A stretch of DNA of 64,000 nucleotides, taken from the NCBI GenBank assembly GCA_963845535.1, contig CAWJSK010000019.1:158088-222087 (forward strand), written 5' to 3'. The stretch comes from an uncultured Spirochaetota bacterium (GTDB lineage Bacteria > Spirochaetota > Spirochaetia > SZUA-6 > Fen-1364). The translations under genes were made by a program, and so were the position numbers. The notes under the pieces were generated by a model. The model did no database searches, had not been told where the DNA came from, and saw only the letters and a program-made list of their open reading frames with translations. This document shows, piece after piece, positions 54,124-64,000 of the stretch. The first letter of the stretch is position 1; each line of letters starts with the position of its first letter.

Positions 54124-54603
54124 CTATGCGTTGACCAGGAAACGGCCGATATCCTTCAGCTCGGGAATCCGCTCGTAGACCGGGCGCTTCCTGTCATGCG
54201 CCTCACGGTCCAGGCTCGTGGTCTTCATGTACAGCTCGTTGATCTGGTCCGAAAGGACGCCGAGGTTGAGGGGGAAGTTCTGCGCCGCCATTTCCCTGAG
54301 AACCCTGTCCGCGTCAGTCCCGCCCTGGGCAATGATGCTCTTGAGGTTGGGAAGCATCTTCGTGCGCGCCTGATAGATGAAATGGGCCGCGGCAATGACC
54401 ATCTCGTACAACTCTTCGAACTGGAAACCCTGATTCTTGTAGTACTCGGTTTTCGTGGTCAGGCTGTCCAGGCGGTCCCATTCGGATTGGGGCAAGTCCA
54501 GGAGGATAAGGACCTTGCGAATGAATCTGTTGGAGATGTTGTTCTGGTAATGATCCCCGATTCGTTCGATTATCTTGAAGATCTCAGGATCCTTGATGTT
54601 CAC
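54124..54603 (-). CDS. hypothetical protein, 159 aa, Lys/Ile/Asn/Glu-rich
   Basis: The ORF (GTG start) has GC-rich wobble positions consistent with genuine coding sequence. No recognisable motif. Confidence 0.5.
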   Translation of the reverse strand: MNIKDPEIFKIIERIGDHYQNNISNRFIRKVLILLDLPQSEWDRLDSLTTKTEYYKNQGFQFEELYEMVIAAAHFIYQARTKMLPNLKSIIAQGGTDADRVLREMAAQNFPLNLGVLSDQINELYMKTTSLDREAHDRKRPVYERIPELKDIGRFLVNA

Positions 54604-54647
54604 GGAGGCCCCTCTCCCCTAAAGCGTACCCGATGGGTGGAGTGCGG

Positions 54648-55673
54648 TCAAGGGATTTCAGCAAAGAGCCGTCCCTGCCGGGCTCCCTCGGCACGCATTT
54701 TTTCGACCAGGCGGGAGGTGAAGAGGGACTTGGGCCAGAACGTCCGCGGGCTTATCACGTCCGCCGGCAGGGCGTCGCAGGTGATCCGCATGATCACGGT
54801 ATCCGCGGGGAGCCTCTCGATAGCGCCAACGGTGTACTCGAGATGCCGCTCCGGCCCCGGAGTGGTGACTTCTCCCAGGAGGTGCTGGCGGGCCAGCGTC
54901 GTGCCTCGGGGTATCAGAAGGTTGTGGATCTTGACGCCGTCCACGCCGAGTCGGGCCACAAAATCCGCCGTGCGCATGATGTCGGACCCGTCCTCGCCCG
55001 GCAGGCCGAAGATCAGGTGAGCGGCGACTTTCAGCCCGTTGTCCTTCAGCAACGAAAACGCGCGTTCGAAATCCCCGCTGGTGTGGCCCCGCCCAATGCG
55101 CCGCAGCGTCTGGTCGTTGGCCGTCTGCAGCCCAAGCTCCACCCAGACCTCCAGGCCGCGCTCGCGGTAGGAGGCCAGCAGCCGGGCTTTCTCTTCATCA
55201 ATGCAGTCGGGACGAGTGGCCACGTTCAGCCCGACAAAAGGGGCAAGGGAAAGCCCTGCATCGTAGATCCGCGCAAGCTCGGCCGCCGATGCGTTCGTGT
55301 TCGAATAGGCCTGGAAAAAGAGGATGAAGGCCTGCGCCGAATACCGCTTCGACAAGAACGCGATTCCCGTGCTGACCTGGGCGGCAAGGCTTTCCCTGCT
55401 TCCGGGACCCGCACCTTGAGCGCCGCAGCCCGGCACCGCCGCGCCTCGCGCATTCAGGTAGGGCGCGCGGGAGCCGTCCACCGCGCAGTAGCTGCAGCCG
55501 CCGGAGGAGCGGCCGGCTTTCCTGTTCGGGCACGAGAAACCGGCGTCCACGGCAACCCGGTACACGGTGCGGCCGTAGCGCCCGCGCAAATACGTGGCGT
55601 AGGTGAGGTACGGAGGCTCGATCACAAAAGAGGTCCCGCCGGCAGCGTAGCAGGGAAGGACGCTTGTTGACAA
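54648..55673 (-). CDS. radical SAM protein, TIGR01212/YhcC-like family
   Basis: VDAGFSCPNRKAGRSSGGCSYCAV is the variant CxxxxxxxxGGCxYC cluster typical of this family, followed by a TIM-barrel-like core (GLQTANDQTLRRIGRGHT). Confidence 0.75.
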   Translation of the reverse strand: MSTSVLPCYAAGGTSFVIEPPYLTYATYLRGRYGRTVYRVAVDAGFSCPNRKAGRSSGGCSYCAVDGSRAPYLNARGAAVPGCGAQGAGPGSRESLAAQVSTGIAFLSKRYSAQAFILFFQAYSNTNASAAELARIYDAGLSLAPFVGLNVATRPDCIDEEKARLLASYRERGLEVWVELGLQTANDQTLRRIGRGHTSGDFERAFSLLKDNGLKVAAHLIFGLPGEDGSDIMRTADFVARLGVDGVKIHNLLIPRGTTLARQHLLGEVTTPGPERHLEYTVGAIERLPADTVIMRITCDALPADVISPRTFWPKSLFTSRLVEKMRAEGARQGRLFAEIP

Positions 55674-55704
55674 TGCCGGCTCTCGTCCCTACAGTTTCGC
55701 CACC

Positions 55705-56955
55705 ATGAAGACATTGCGGCGCGCCGGACAAACAGCGCTGGTTGTCGCGGCACTCTGCGCCTTTCTTACGGGATGCGGCCTCATCCCCGAACCGAGCGTC
55801 AGGATGGTTACCGACAGGGCGGAGATGGCCGCGTACGTGGATCGTTTCAACGCGCTGCAGTCCGACGTGCGGGTCGAGCTCGCCTGGCGTGAGGCGCCTT
55901 TCCAGTCGGTGCTGGACGGAGTCCAGGCGGACCTCGTGGTGGGGGAGTGGCTTTCCAGCCCTGCCGTGATGGACCGCTTCGATCCGCTGGGAGACCTCGT
56001 CAAGCCGGGGAGGGTCGACCCGTCCTGGTTTTACGCAGGCCTTCTCTCCATGGGCTCCCGCGACAACAGGACAGTTCTCGTCCCGATCTCCTTCAGCCTT
56101 CCCGCAATCGTGTTTTTCAAGCCTGCCATGCAGGCCGAGCTTTCCAGCATGTTCATGCCGCTGGATACGCTTCAGTCTCTCTCTCGCGCTTTCAACGCCC
56201 CAGCCAAGTCCGGCGGCTTTACCGCCATGGGGTTCTCACCGTTTTGGAACCAGAGCTTCCTTGATGACGCCGCGCTGCTTTTCGGCGCCCGGTTCCGTCC
56301 GGGAAGAAACGGACTTCCCGCCTGGGACCAGGACGGGCTGGCAAAGACCGTCGACTTCATGAGGTCATGGCTGGCCGAAGCAAACGGAGGGGCATCGGCA
56401 GACGATGCATTTTTCTCACGCTACCGCGTGCAGCCCTGGTACAAGCTCGTGGCAGGAAAAAAGATCCTTTTCGCTCTGGCATCGTTTACCGACTATTTTG
56501 CGCTCCCGGAGGAGAAACGAAGAGACCTGGATTTCCGCTGGTTGGCGCAGGGAAACTCCATCCCCGTGGAAAGCGACGTGCTGTTCGGGGGCGTCCTGAG
56601 GTCTTCGAGGAATAAGCGGGCCGCCAGGGCGTTCCTCGAATGGTTTTCCAATCCTTCGGTTCAAAGGACTTTGCTGGACGTCAACCAGTCGAGGAGAATA
56701 GGGGTTTTCGGAGTGACGAACGGATTCTCGGCTCTCAAAAGCGTCAATGAGAAGGAATTGCCCCAGAGATACCCGTTTCTCCTTGGCCGCATACCATCGG
56801 AGGCCATCCTGACCTTCCCGGAGACGCTTCCGGACAACTGGTTGGCCGTGCGGGACCAGGTCATCCGACCCTGGATCCATCAGAGCGCCTCGGGCGCGGA
56901 GGATCAGCCGCTGGAAAAGATGCTTGACGACTGGGCCAAAGGGATGAAAAAGTGA
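55705..56955 (+). CDS. lipoprotein, extracellular solute-binding protein (sugar-type ABC substrate-binding family)
   Basis: Signal peptide with a lipobox (LCAFLTGC). The 416-aa mature protein has a periplasmic binding-protein-like composition. No adjacent permease genes. Confidence 0.6.
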   Translation: MKTLRRAGQTALVVAALCAFLTGCGLIPEPSVRMVTDRAEMAAYVDRFNALQSDVRVELAWREAPFQSVLDGVQADLVVGEWLSSPAVMDRFDPLGDLVKPGRVDPSWFYAGLLSMGSRDNRTVLVPISFSLPAIVFFKPAMQAELSSMFMPLDTLQSLSRAFNAPAKSGGFTAMGFSPFWNQSFLDDAALLFGARFRPGRNGLPAWDQDGLAKTVDFMRSWLAEANGGASADDAFFSRYRVQPWYKLVAGKKILFALASFTDYFALPEEKRRDLDFRWLAQGNSIPVESDVLFGGVLRSSRNKRAARAFLEWFSNPSVQRTLLDVNQSRRIGVFGVTNGFSALKSVNEKELPQRYPFLLGRIPSEAILTFPETLPDNWLAVRDQVIRPWIHQSASGAEDQPLEKMLDDWAKGMKK

Positions 56956-57084
56956 GGCCGGGGAGCCTGCCGCTGCATCGCTAACAGGATATTATAACGA
57001 CCCAAGGCCAAATATTCGTTGACAATACCCGGGGGGGTCATTTATCATTTGCCTCGATAGGATAATCCAACCGGGAGGTTGCAA

Positions 57085-58176
<1,092 letters not shown>

Positions 58177-58195
58177 GAAAGCGGGAATCACAAAG

Positions 58196-58225
58196 AGACC
58201 GGCCATGGGCGCCGGTCTTTTTTTT
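58196..58225 (+). terminator. rho-independent terminator (AGACCGGC-CATGGGC-GCCGGTCT followed by 8 T)
   Basis: Perfect 8-bp stem and 7-nt loop, then a T run, 20 nt after the ABC ATPase stop. The complement also has an A tract upstream, giving partial bidirectional potential for the convergent PMM gene. Confidence 0.8.
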
Positions 58226-58312
58226 AGGAGTCTACGAGGTGTCGGCCTTCCAGAACGCCATCACTCGCGCAAAGGAAGCGGACGCGGAAGCGGAAGCGGC
58301 GTGGACGCGGAC

Positions 58313-59671
58313 TCAGCCGGCCTCAGCGTACCGCCGTATCTTCTCCGTCAGCTCGCCCGTCTTCGGCTTCAGGTTGTCCCTCGCGGTCGTCTCCACCACA
58401 AGACGGAGAAGCGGCTCCGTGTTGGACACCCGCAGGTTGAACCACCAGTCGGGGAAATCGATCCTGATTCCGTCAAGGTCGGTAAGGACACCCGCGGAAT
58501 AATCCTTCCTGACTCTTTCCAGTATCTGGCGCCCGTTGGGAACGGTAAAATTGATCTCCCCCGAGAAGAAGTACTTCCTGATTCCCGCCAGAAGCTCTGA
58601 GAATGGCCGCGCGCTGCGGGCCAGCACTTCCAGCACGATCTGGGCCGCGATCATCCCCGAATCGCAGAAGTAGTTCTCCCGAAAGTAGTAGTGGCCGGCC
58701 AGCTCCCCGCCCAGGATGCCCTGGGTTTCCCGAAGAAGCTTCTTGGCGTACGAGTGCCCGACCTTGCAGATCCGCGGGTCGGCTCCAAGGTCCCGCAGGC
58801 ATTCCACCACCGCCCGGGAGCTCCTCACGTCGTACGTAGCAACTCGTGACCCTCCGGCAAGCCTCTCGGGGTGATCACGGAAGTAGTATTGTCCCAGGAG
58901 CCCGATGATAAGGTCCGGAGATACGAACCGGCCGGCCTCGTCGACGAACATCACGCGGTCGGCATCTCCGTCGAAGCAGATGCCCAGGGCGGCCCGCTGG
59001 CGCGCCACCTCCTCTTTCAGGGCTTGCAGGTTCTCTTCCTCCAGGGGATTGGGGGCGTGATTGGGAAACCGGCCGTCAGGGTTGTCGAACATGTAGTGGA
59101 AGTCCCCGCCCGTGGGGGCAAGGACGTCACGGAGAAAAATCCCCGCCATGCCGTTCGAGCAGTCGATGACCACCCGCAGCCCCTTCAGATCGTAACGGAA
59201 CCGCGCAAGGTGGGAAAGATAATCCTTTCGGATGTCAAGCGATCCGATGGCGCCCGGGCCGCCCGGCGCGCGCGGCGGATCCGTCTGGGCAAGGGATTTT
59301 TCCAGGTCCGCAAGCCCCGTATCAAACCCCACGGGGACGGCCTCCCGGCGTGACACCTTCATTCCATTGTATTCCGGGGGATTGTGGGAGGCCGTGATCA
59401 TGACGCTTCCGTCAAGGCCGTAGAAGGCGGTGGCGAAGTAGACTGCCGGCGTGTCGCACAGCCCGATGTCCTCCACGCCAGCGCCGGCTTCCGTGATGCC
59501 GCGCGCCAGATGGTCGAAGATCTCCTGGGAGGAAAGTCGAACGTCGCGTCCAACGCCGATTCGCTTCGCGCGGAGCAGCGCAGGGAGGCGCAGGCCAATG
59601 CGGTAGGCCATGGCCGCATCCCATTCTTTTCCGAATATGCCGCGGATATCGTATGATTTGAATACGCCCAT
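58313..59671 (-). CDS. phosphomannomutase/phosphoglucomutase
   Basis: TASHNPPEYNGMK active-site serine loop, Mg loop (FDGDADR) and sugar-binding GGELAGHYYFRE. ATG 59671 (MGVFKSYDIRG). Confidence 0.88.
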   Translation of the reverse strand: MGVFKSYDIRGIFGKEWDAAMAYRIGLRLPALLRAKRIGVGRDVRLSSQEIFDHLARGITEAGAGVEDIGLCDTPAVYFATAFYGLDGSVMITASHNPPEYNGMKVSRREAVPVGFDTGLADLEKSLAQTDPPRAPGGPGAIGSLDIRKDYLSHLARFRYDLKGLRVVIDCSNGMAGIFLRDVLAPTGGDFHYMFDNPDGRFPNHAPNPLEEENLQALKEEVARQRAALGICFDGDADRVMFVDEAGRFVSPDLIIGLLGQYYFRDHPERLAGGSRVATYDVRSSRAVVECLRDLGADPRICKVGHSYAKKLLRETQGILGGELAGHYYFRENYFCDSGMIAAQIVLEVLARSARPFSELLAGIRKYFFSGEINFTVPNGRQILERVRKDYSAGVLTDLDGIRIDFPDWWFNLRVSNTEPLLRLVVETTARDNLKPKTGELTEKIRRYAEAG

Positions 59672-59753
59672 CGCCCGACTGTAGCTCGAATCACCTACCC
59701 TGTACACCAGAGCCCATTTTTACTACTCTCTTGGCTTCGGAGGAGCCACACGA

Positions 59754-62291
59754 ATGGGACTTTTGACCTTCACGATCAAGCCGAACATTCCGACCCGACT
59801 GAAGCCCCTCGAAGAGCTTGCGCATAATCTCTGGATAAGCTGGAACTACGAAGCCATCATGCTGTTCATGCGCATCGACTACGACGCGTGGATGGCGTCG
59901 CGCATGAACCCCGTGCGGATGCTCGGCCTCGTTTCACAGGCGCGGCTGGAGGCCGCGGCCGCTGATGACTCCTTCCTTGCCGCGCTGGACGCGGTCTACG
60001 CGAAGTTCCTGAGGTACAACTCCGCGGAGAGATGGTACAAGGGCCCGGCGGACCGATCCATCGCGTATTTCTCCATGGAGTACGGGCTGGACGTGGCGCT
60101 TCCCGTCTACTCGGGCGGCTTGGGAATGCTTTCCGGAGATCACCTGAAGTCTTCGTCAGACCTCGGTCTTCCGCTCGTGGGGGTCGGGCTCCTGTATCGC
60201 CAGGGATATTTCCAGCAGTACCTGAACCCCGACGGCTTCCAGCAGGAGTCATATCCCGAAAACGACTGGTACAACATGCCGGTGAATCTCTGTCGCGACG
60301 CGAAAGGAGAGCCGCTGTCCGTTTCCGTGGAAATGGGAAAAGAGAAAGCCCTGGCATGGATCTGGGAGGTCAAGGTCGGAAAGAACTCCCTCTATCTGCT
60401 TGACACAAATATAGAAGAAAACCCGACTCACCTGCGGCTGATCACCGCGTCTCTCTATGGAGGAGAACGGGAGACGAGGATCCAGCAGGAGATCCTCCTG
60501 GGGATCGGCGGGATCAGGGCGCTTCGCGCGCTGGGGATCACCGCGCATTGCATGCACATGAACGAAGGGCACTCCGCCTTTCTTGGCCTGGAAAGGATCC
60601 GCCTGCTCATGTGCGAAAAGAAGCTCTCCTTCAACCAGGCCTGGGAACCGGTCTGGGCGACGAACGTCTTCACCACGCACACCCCGGTGCCGGCGGGCAA
60701 CGAACGCTTCGTTCCGTCTCTCATGGAGAAGTACTTCAGCTCCATGGCTTCCGAGCTCGGGCTGGGATGGAAGGATTTCCTGGGGCTCGGCCGGGAGGAC
60801 CCCCACAATGACGGGGAGGAGTTCTGTCTCACCGTGCTGGCCCTGCGCCTGTCCGCGTACAACAACGGCGTGAGCAGGCTCCATGGACGCGTGTCGCGCG
60901 CCATGTGGCGAAACATCTGGCCGTCGTTACCCCTGGATGAGGTTCCCATCACGCACATCACCAACGGCGTCCACCCCCGCTCCTGGATCACGCACGACAT
61001 GGTGGATCTTCTGGACCGCTACTTCGGTCCTGAGTTTCTCGACGCGCCCACCAACAGCGACATCTGGGACCGCATTGACCGGGTCTCGGATGAGGAGGTC
61101 TGGCGCACGCACGAGAGGCGCAGGGAGCGGATGGTCGCCTTTGCGCGCGGAAGGCTCAAGGAGCAGCTTGCGCGGCGCGGGGTCACCAACTCCGAGCTTT
61201 CCCGAGGCGCCAACGCCCTTTCCCCGTACACCCTGACGCTGAGCTTCGCGCGCAGGTTTGCCACCTACAAACGGGCCGACCTGCTGCTTTCGGACCCTGA
61301 GAGGCTCATCCGGCTGCTGACGGATAACGAGCGGCCCATACAGCTCATCTTTGCCGGCAAGGCGCATCCGCACGACCTGGCCGGCAAGGAGATCATCAAG
61401 AAGATCATCCATTTCACGAGCGACCCGCGGGTGGCCAGCCGCGTTGTTTTCCTTGAGGACTACGACATGACCACCTCCCGTTACCTCGTGTCGGGAAGCG
61501 ACGTGTGGCTGAACAATCCGCGAAGGCCCCTGGAAGCCAGCGGCACCAGCGGGATGAAAGCGGCAATGAACGGCGCGCTGAACGTTTCCATCCTGGACGG
61601 CTGGTGGGACGAGGCCTACTCCACGGACATCGGATGGGCCGTCGGTCGGGGGGAGGAGTATGACGACCAGGCCCTTCAGGACGAAGTGGAGGGCAAGGCG
61701 CTCTATGATCTTCTGGAACGGGAGATCATTCCGCTTTTCTACACGCGCGGCATGGACGGCCTCCCACGGGAATGGATCAAGCGCATGAAAGCCTCCATGC
61801 GGGAAGTGGGCAAGGGGTTCAGCACACACCGGATGCTGGCTGAGTATACGCAGCGTTTCTACGCGCCCGCGCTGGAGAGCGCCCGGGCGTTCGAAGCGGA
61901 CACATGCAACCTTTGCCGCGATTTGGCGTCCTACAAGGAGAAGCTCGCGGCCAACTGGGACGATCTGGAGATCGAGGAACTGACATCCTCATCAGCCTCC
62001 ATCCTCAAGATCGGCGACAAGATCTCGATGGCGGCCAAGGTCCACCTCGCCGGGATGGGGCCGGATGAGATAGGCGTCGAGCTGTATTACGGCGGCCTGT
62101 CTTCGGAAGGGGAGATCGAGGACCCGCGCCGGCTGACCATGAAGCACTGCGGCACTGACGGGGACATGGCGGTGTACTGCGCTGATATCGTCTGCGACAG
62201 GACGGGCCGGCAAGGCTACACGGTCAGGGCGTTGCCGTCACACAAGGCGCTCGTGCATCCGTTTCTGCCCGGCCTCGTCAAGTGGGGATAG
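59754..62291 (+). CDS. glgP: alpha-glucan (glycogen/maltodextrin) phosphorylase, GT35
   Basis: 845 aa. PLP-lysine region ([28 protein letters not shown]) and an N-terminal domain typical of the bacterial alpha-glucan phosphorylase subfamily. GGAGGAG SD 7 nt upstream. Confidence 0.88.
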   Translation: MGLLTFTIKPNIPTRLKPLEELAHNLWISWNYEAIMLFMRIDYDAWMASRMNPVRMLGLVSQARLEAAAADDSFLAALDAVYAKFLRYNSAERWYKGPADRSIAYFSMEYGLDVALPVYSGGLGMLSGDHLKSSSDLGLPLVGVGLLYRQGYFQQYLNPDGFQQESYPENDWYNMPVNLCRDAKGEPLSVSVEMGKEKALAWIWEVKVGKNSLYLLDTNIEENPTHLRLITASLYGGERETRIQQEILLGIGGIRALRALGITAHCMHMNEGHSAFLGLERIRLLMCEKKLSFNQAWEPVWATNVFTTHTPVPAGNERFVPSLMEKYFSSMASELGLGWKDFLGLGREDPHNDGEEFCLTVLALRLSAYNNGVSRLHGRVSRAMWRNIWPSLPLDEVPITHITNGVHPRSWITHDMVDLLDRYFGPEFLDAPTNSDIWDRIDRVSDEEVWRTHERRRERMVAFARGRLKEQLARRGVTNSELSRGANALSPYTLTLSFARRFATYKRADLLLSDPERLIRLLTDNERPIQLIFAGKAHPHDLAGKEIIKKIIHFTSDPRVASRVVFLEDYDMTTSRYLVSGSDVWLNNPRRPLEASGTSGMKAAMNGALNVSILDGWWDEAYSTDIGWAVGRGEEYDDQALQDEVEGKALYDLLEREIIPLFYTRGMDGLPREWIKRMKASMREVGKGFSTHRMLAEYTQRFYAPALESARAFEADTCNLCRDLASYKEKLAANWDDLEIEELTSSSASILKIGDKISMAAKVHLAGMGPDEIGVELYYGGLSSEGEIEDPRRLTMKHCGTDGDMAVYCADIVCDRTGRQGYTVRALPSHKALVHPFLPGLVKWG

Positions 62292-64000
62292 GGAGAGCCC
62301 TGGGGGCGCCAACCGCGTTCGCAGCGGACTCCCGATCCGGCAGCTTGAATTGCTTCACCATGCGCTGCATCTCCTGAGCAAGGCTGGAAAGCTCCGTGGT
62401 TGCCGCGCTCATCTGCTCCGCGGCGCCGGCAGCCTGCTGCGTCAGCTCATTCACGCTTTCCACCGCCGTGGCGACCTGACGGGCTCCCGTGGACTGCTCC
62501 TCGGTGGCCGCGGAAATGCTCCTGCTCATCTCGCTGACGTTTGCAAGGGACCGGGCGAGCTCCTGGATGGCCGAGACCTGCCTTCCCATGGCATCGGTAA
62601 GGTTGATGATCATCTCACTCACGCGCTCAGAGGCGACCCTGATCCCTTCTATGGCGAGCTGCGAGCCCTTGGCGGTCTTCACTCCCTGCTCGACGTTCTT
62701 CACGCTTTCCCGGATGAGCGCTTCGATCTCCTTGGTCGAAGAGGCGCTGCGCTCCGCCAGCTTGCTCACCTCGTCTGCCACCACGGCAAAGCCCCTGCCG
62801 TGCTCGCCGGCCCGGGCGGCCTCGATGGAGGCGTTCAACGCAAGGAGGTTCGTCTGATCGGCGATGTCGGATATCACCGTGACGATCCCGCTGATTTTCT
62901 CCGAGCTCCTTGCAATCTCGTTGATGCCTGTCACCACCGAATCCACCGCCGCGGCCCCTTCCCTGGCGTTTTCCAGGGACGTTCGAGCGAGGCTGGATAT
63001 TTCGCTCAGACTGCCTGAGACCGCCTGCAGGGACCTGTCCACCTCCTGCATCGAGCGCGCTTCCTGTTCCACGGACTGGAGTTGCGACTGCGCGCTTTCG
63101 CGGACGCTGTCCATGGATGCGCTCAGCTCTTCGACGGAAGCGTTGGTTTCTTCCAGTGTCGAGGCTTGATTCTGCGCGCCGGCGCTGAGCTGGCCTGCGC
63201 TGGCGGCGATCTCCTCGCTCGACGTGGCGATTCGGGCCGCCGCGTTCTGGATGGATCCCATTGTCTCCCGAAGGTTTCGGACCATGGATCCCGCGGACGT
63301 GAGGACCTGGCCGATTTCGTCCCGGCTGCCGTTTGCTGCAACGTCCTCCGAGAGATCTCCGGCCGCAATCCCTTTCATCGTCATCACGACTCCTCTCATC
63401 GGACCCAGGACTCTCCCGATGGAAAGCGAGAGGGCAAGGAGCGTCAGCATGCTCACGCCGAGGATTGCAGCGAGGGAGAGGAGAAGGGAACGACGGAGCT
63501 CGGAAAGGACTTCCGTCTGGTCCCTGATGATGAGGATCTGACCGACCACCTGTCCCGAGTAGTCCTTGATGGGGAACCCCGCCGCGAAGTAGCTTCTTCC
63601 CCCGTCGGTATAGTCGCTTCTGTGGGGACTGAACTGGCGGGTGAAACTTTGGGCGAAATCCGAGGAGTACGAATAGAAGATGGTTTCGCCGACCGTGACG
63701 TCGTCTTTTCCCGCCTCGAAGCGGTTGGCCTGTTCGAACACCGGCTTGAAAATCCCGATGGCAAAATCGACCTTGAAGATATCTTTCATGTCACGCAGAA
63801 TCCCCGCGATCGATCCGCCGAGCTCGACGCTGCCGATGTGCCGGCCGTTGAACTTGATTGGGTACACAACCCTCGTTCCGGGACCGGCTCTGCCGACCTC
63901 CAGACCCACGACGGGCGCCTGATCCCGGTTCGCCTGCACCACCGTCTTTCGGAATTGGGACAGGTCATCGCCGAACTTGTCCTCTTGATGCAACCTCAGG
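62278..64000 (-). CDS. methyl-accepting chemotaxis protein (periplasmic sensor + HAMP + MCP signalling domain); N-terminus lies beyond the 3' window edge
   Basis: Highly conserved MCP signalling-domain repeats ([36 protein letters not shown]...). A TM helix plus HAMP ([20 protein letters not shown]...[10 protein letters not shown]). The frame is open to position 64000 with no upstream stop. The 3' end overlaps the glgP 3' end by 14 nt. Confidence 0.85.
   Translation of the reverse strand, partial: LRLHQEDKFGDDLSQFRKTVVQANRDQAPVVGLEVGRAGPGTRVVYPIKFNGRHIGSVELGGSIAGILRDMKDIFKVDFAIGIFKPVFEQANRFEAGKDDVTVGETIFYSYSSDFAQSFTRQFSPHRSDYTDGGRSYFAAGFPIKDYSGQVVGQILIIRDQTEVLSELRRSLLLSLAAILGVSMLTLLALSLSIGRVLGPMRGVVMTMKGIAAGDLSEDVAANGSRDEIGQVLTSAGSMVRNLRETMGSIQNAAARIATSSEEIAASAGQLSAGAQNQASTLEETNASVEELSASMDSVRESAQSQLQSVEQEARSMQEVDRSLQAVSGSLSEISSLARTSLENAREGAAAVDSVVTGINEIARSSEKISGIVTVISDIADQTNLLALNASIEAARAGEHGRGFAVVADEVSKLAERSASSTKEIEALIRESVKNVEQGVKTAKGSQLAIEGIRVASERVSEMIINLTDAMGRQVSAIQELARSLANVSEMSRSISAATEEQSTGARQVATAVESVNELTQQAAGAAEQMSAATTELSSLAQEMQRMVKQFKLPDRESAANAVGAPRALPIPT

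Overview
This is a high-GC (about 65%) bacterial chromosomal window made up almost entirely of core energy and central-carbon metabolism, arranged in long, tightly packed operons. I found no rRNA, tRNA, CRISPR array, transposase or integrase.

Contents from 5' to 3':
- **TCA operon (minus strand):** aconitase, a divergent second MDH paralog, mdh, sdhA, sdhB, sucC, sucD and sucA. sucA is partial and runs off the 5' window edge. No sdhCD membrane anchor is present.
- **F1Fo ATP synthase operon (plus strand):** atpB-E-F-H-A-G-D-C. The delta subunit is truncated to 112 aa.
- **TPR-repeat gene** bracketed by a family of 53-bp tandem repeats that supply the stop codons of atpC and of the TPR gene, and the Shine-Dalgarno sequence of fumC.
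- **fumC** (class II fumarase).
- **Complete E. coli-type complex I, nuoA-N (minus strand),** with nuoCD fused and a long NuoG.
- **Quinone biosynthesis:** a polyprenyl-diphosphate synthase and ubiE/menG.
- **ppdK** carrying an unusual Lys/Ala-rich, histone-H1-like C-terminal tail of about 65 aa.
- **Rubrerythrin.**
- **A CoA-enzyme-activase-like protein** with two ATPase domains plus a DUF2229 domain, split into two ORFs by a 16-bp tandem duplication.
- **An isolated murD** with an upstream hypothetical gene.
- **GTP-dependent PEPCK,** divergent from an uncharacterised 585-aa protein whose C-terminal half looks like an HprK-type P-loop kinase.
- **amtB-glnK** behind a textbook sigma-54 promoter, with a NifA-like enhancer-binding-protein gene immediately upstream.
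- **An aminotransferase** with a consensus leaderless promoter.
- **A small hypothetical gene,** a radical SAM gene (TIGR01212-like), a lone sugar-type substrate-binding lipoprotein and an ABC ATPase (no permeases).
- **Phosphomannomutase, alpha-glucan phosphorylase, and a partial MCP** at the 3' edge.

At least six single-base frameshifts (atpD, nuoL x2, nuoH x2, the hypothetical upstream of murD) all sit in G/C homopolymer runs. I read them as sequencing or assembly indels rather than pseudogenes.

The most interesting items are the PPDK tail, the 16-bp duplication splitting the activase protein, the HprK-like kinase gene opposite pckG, and the stop-codon-donating repeat family around the TPR gene.
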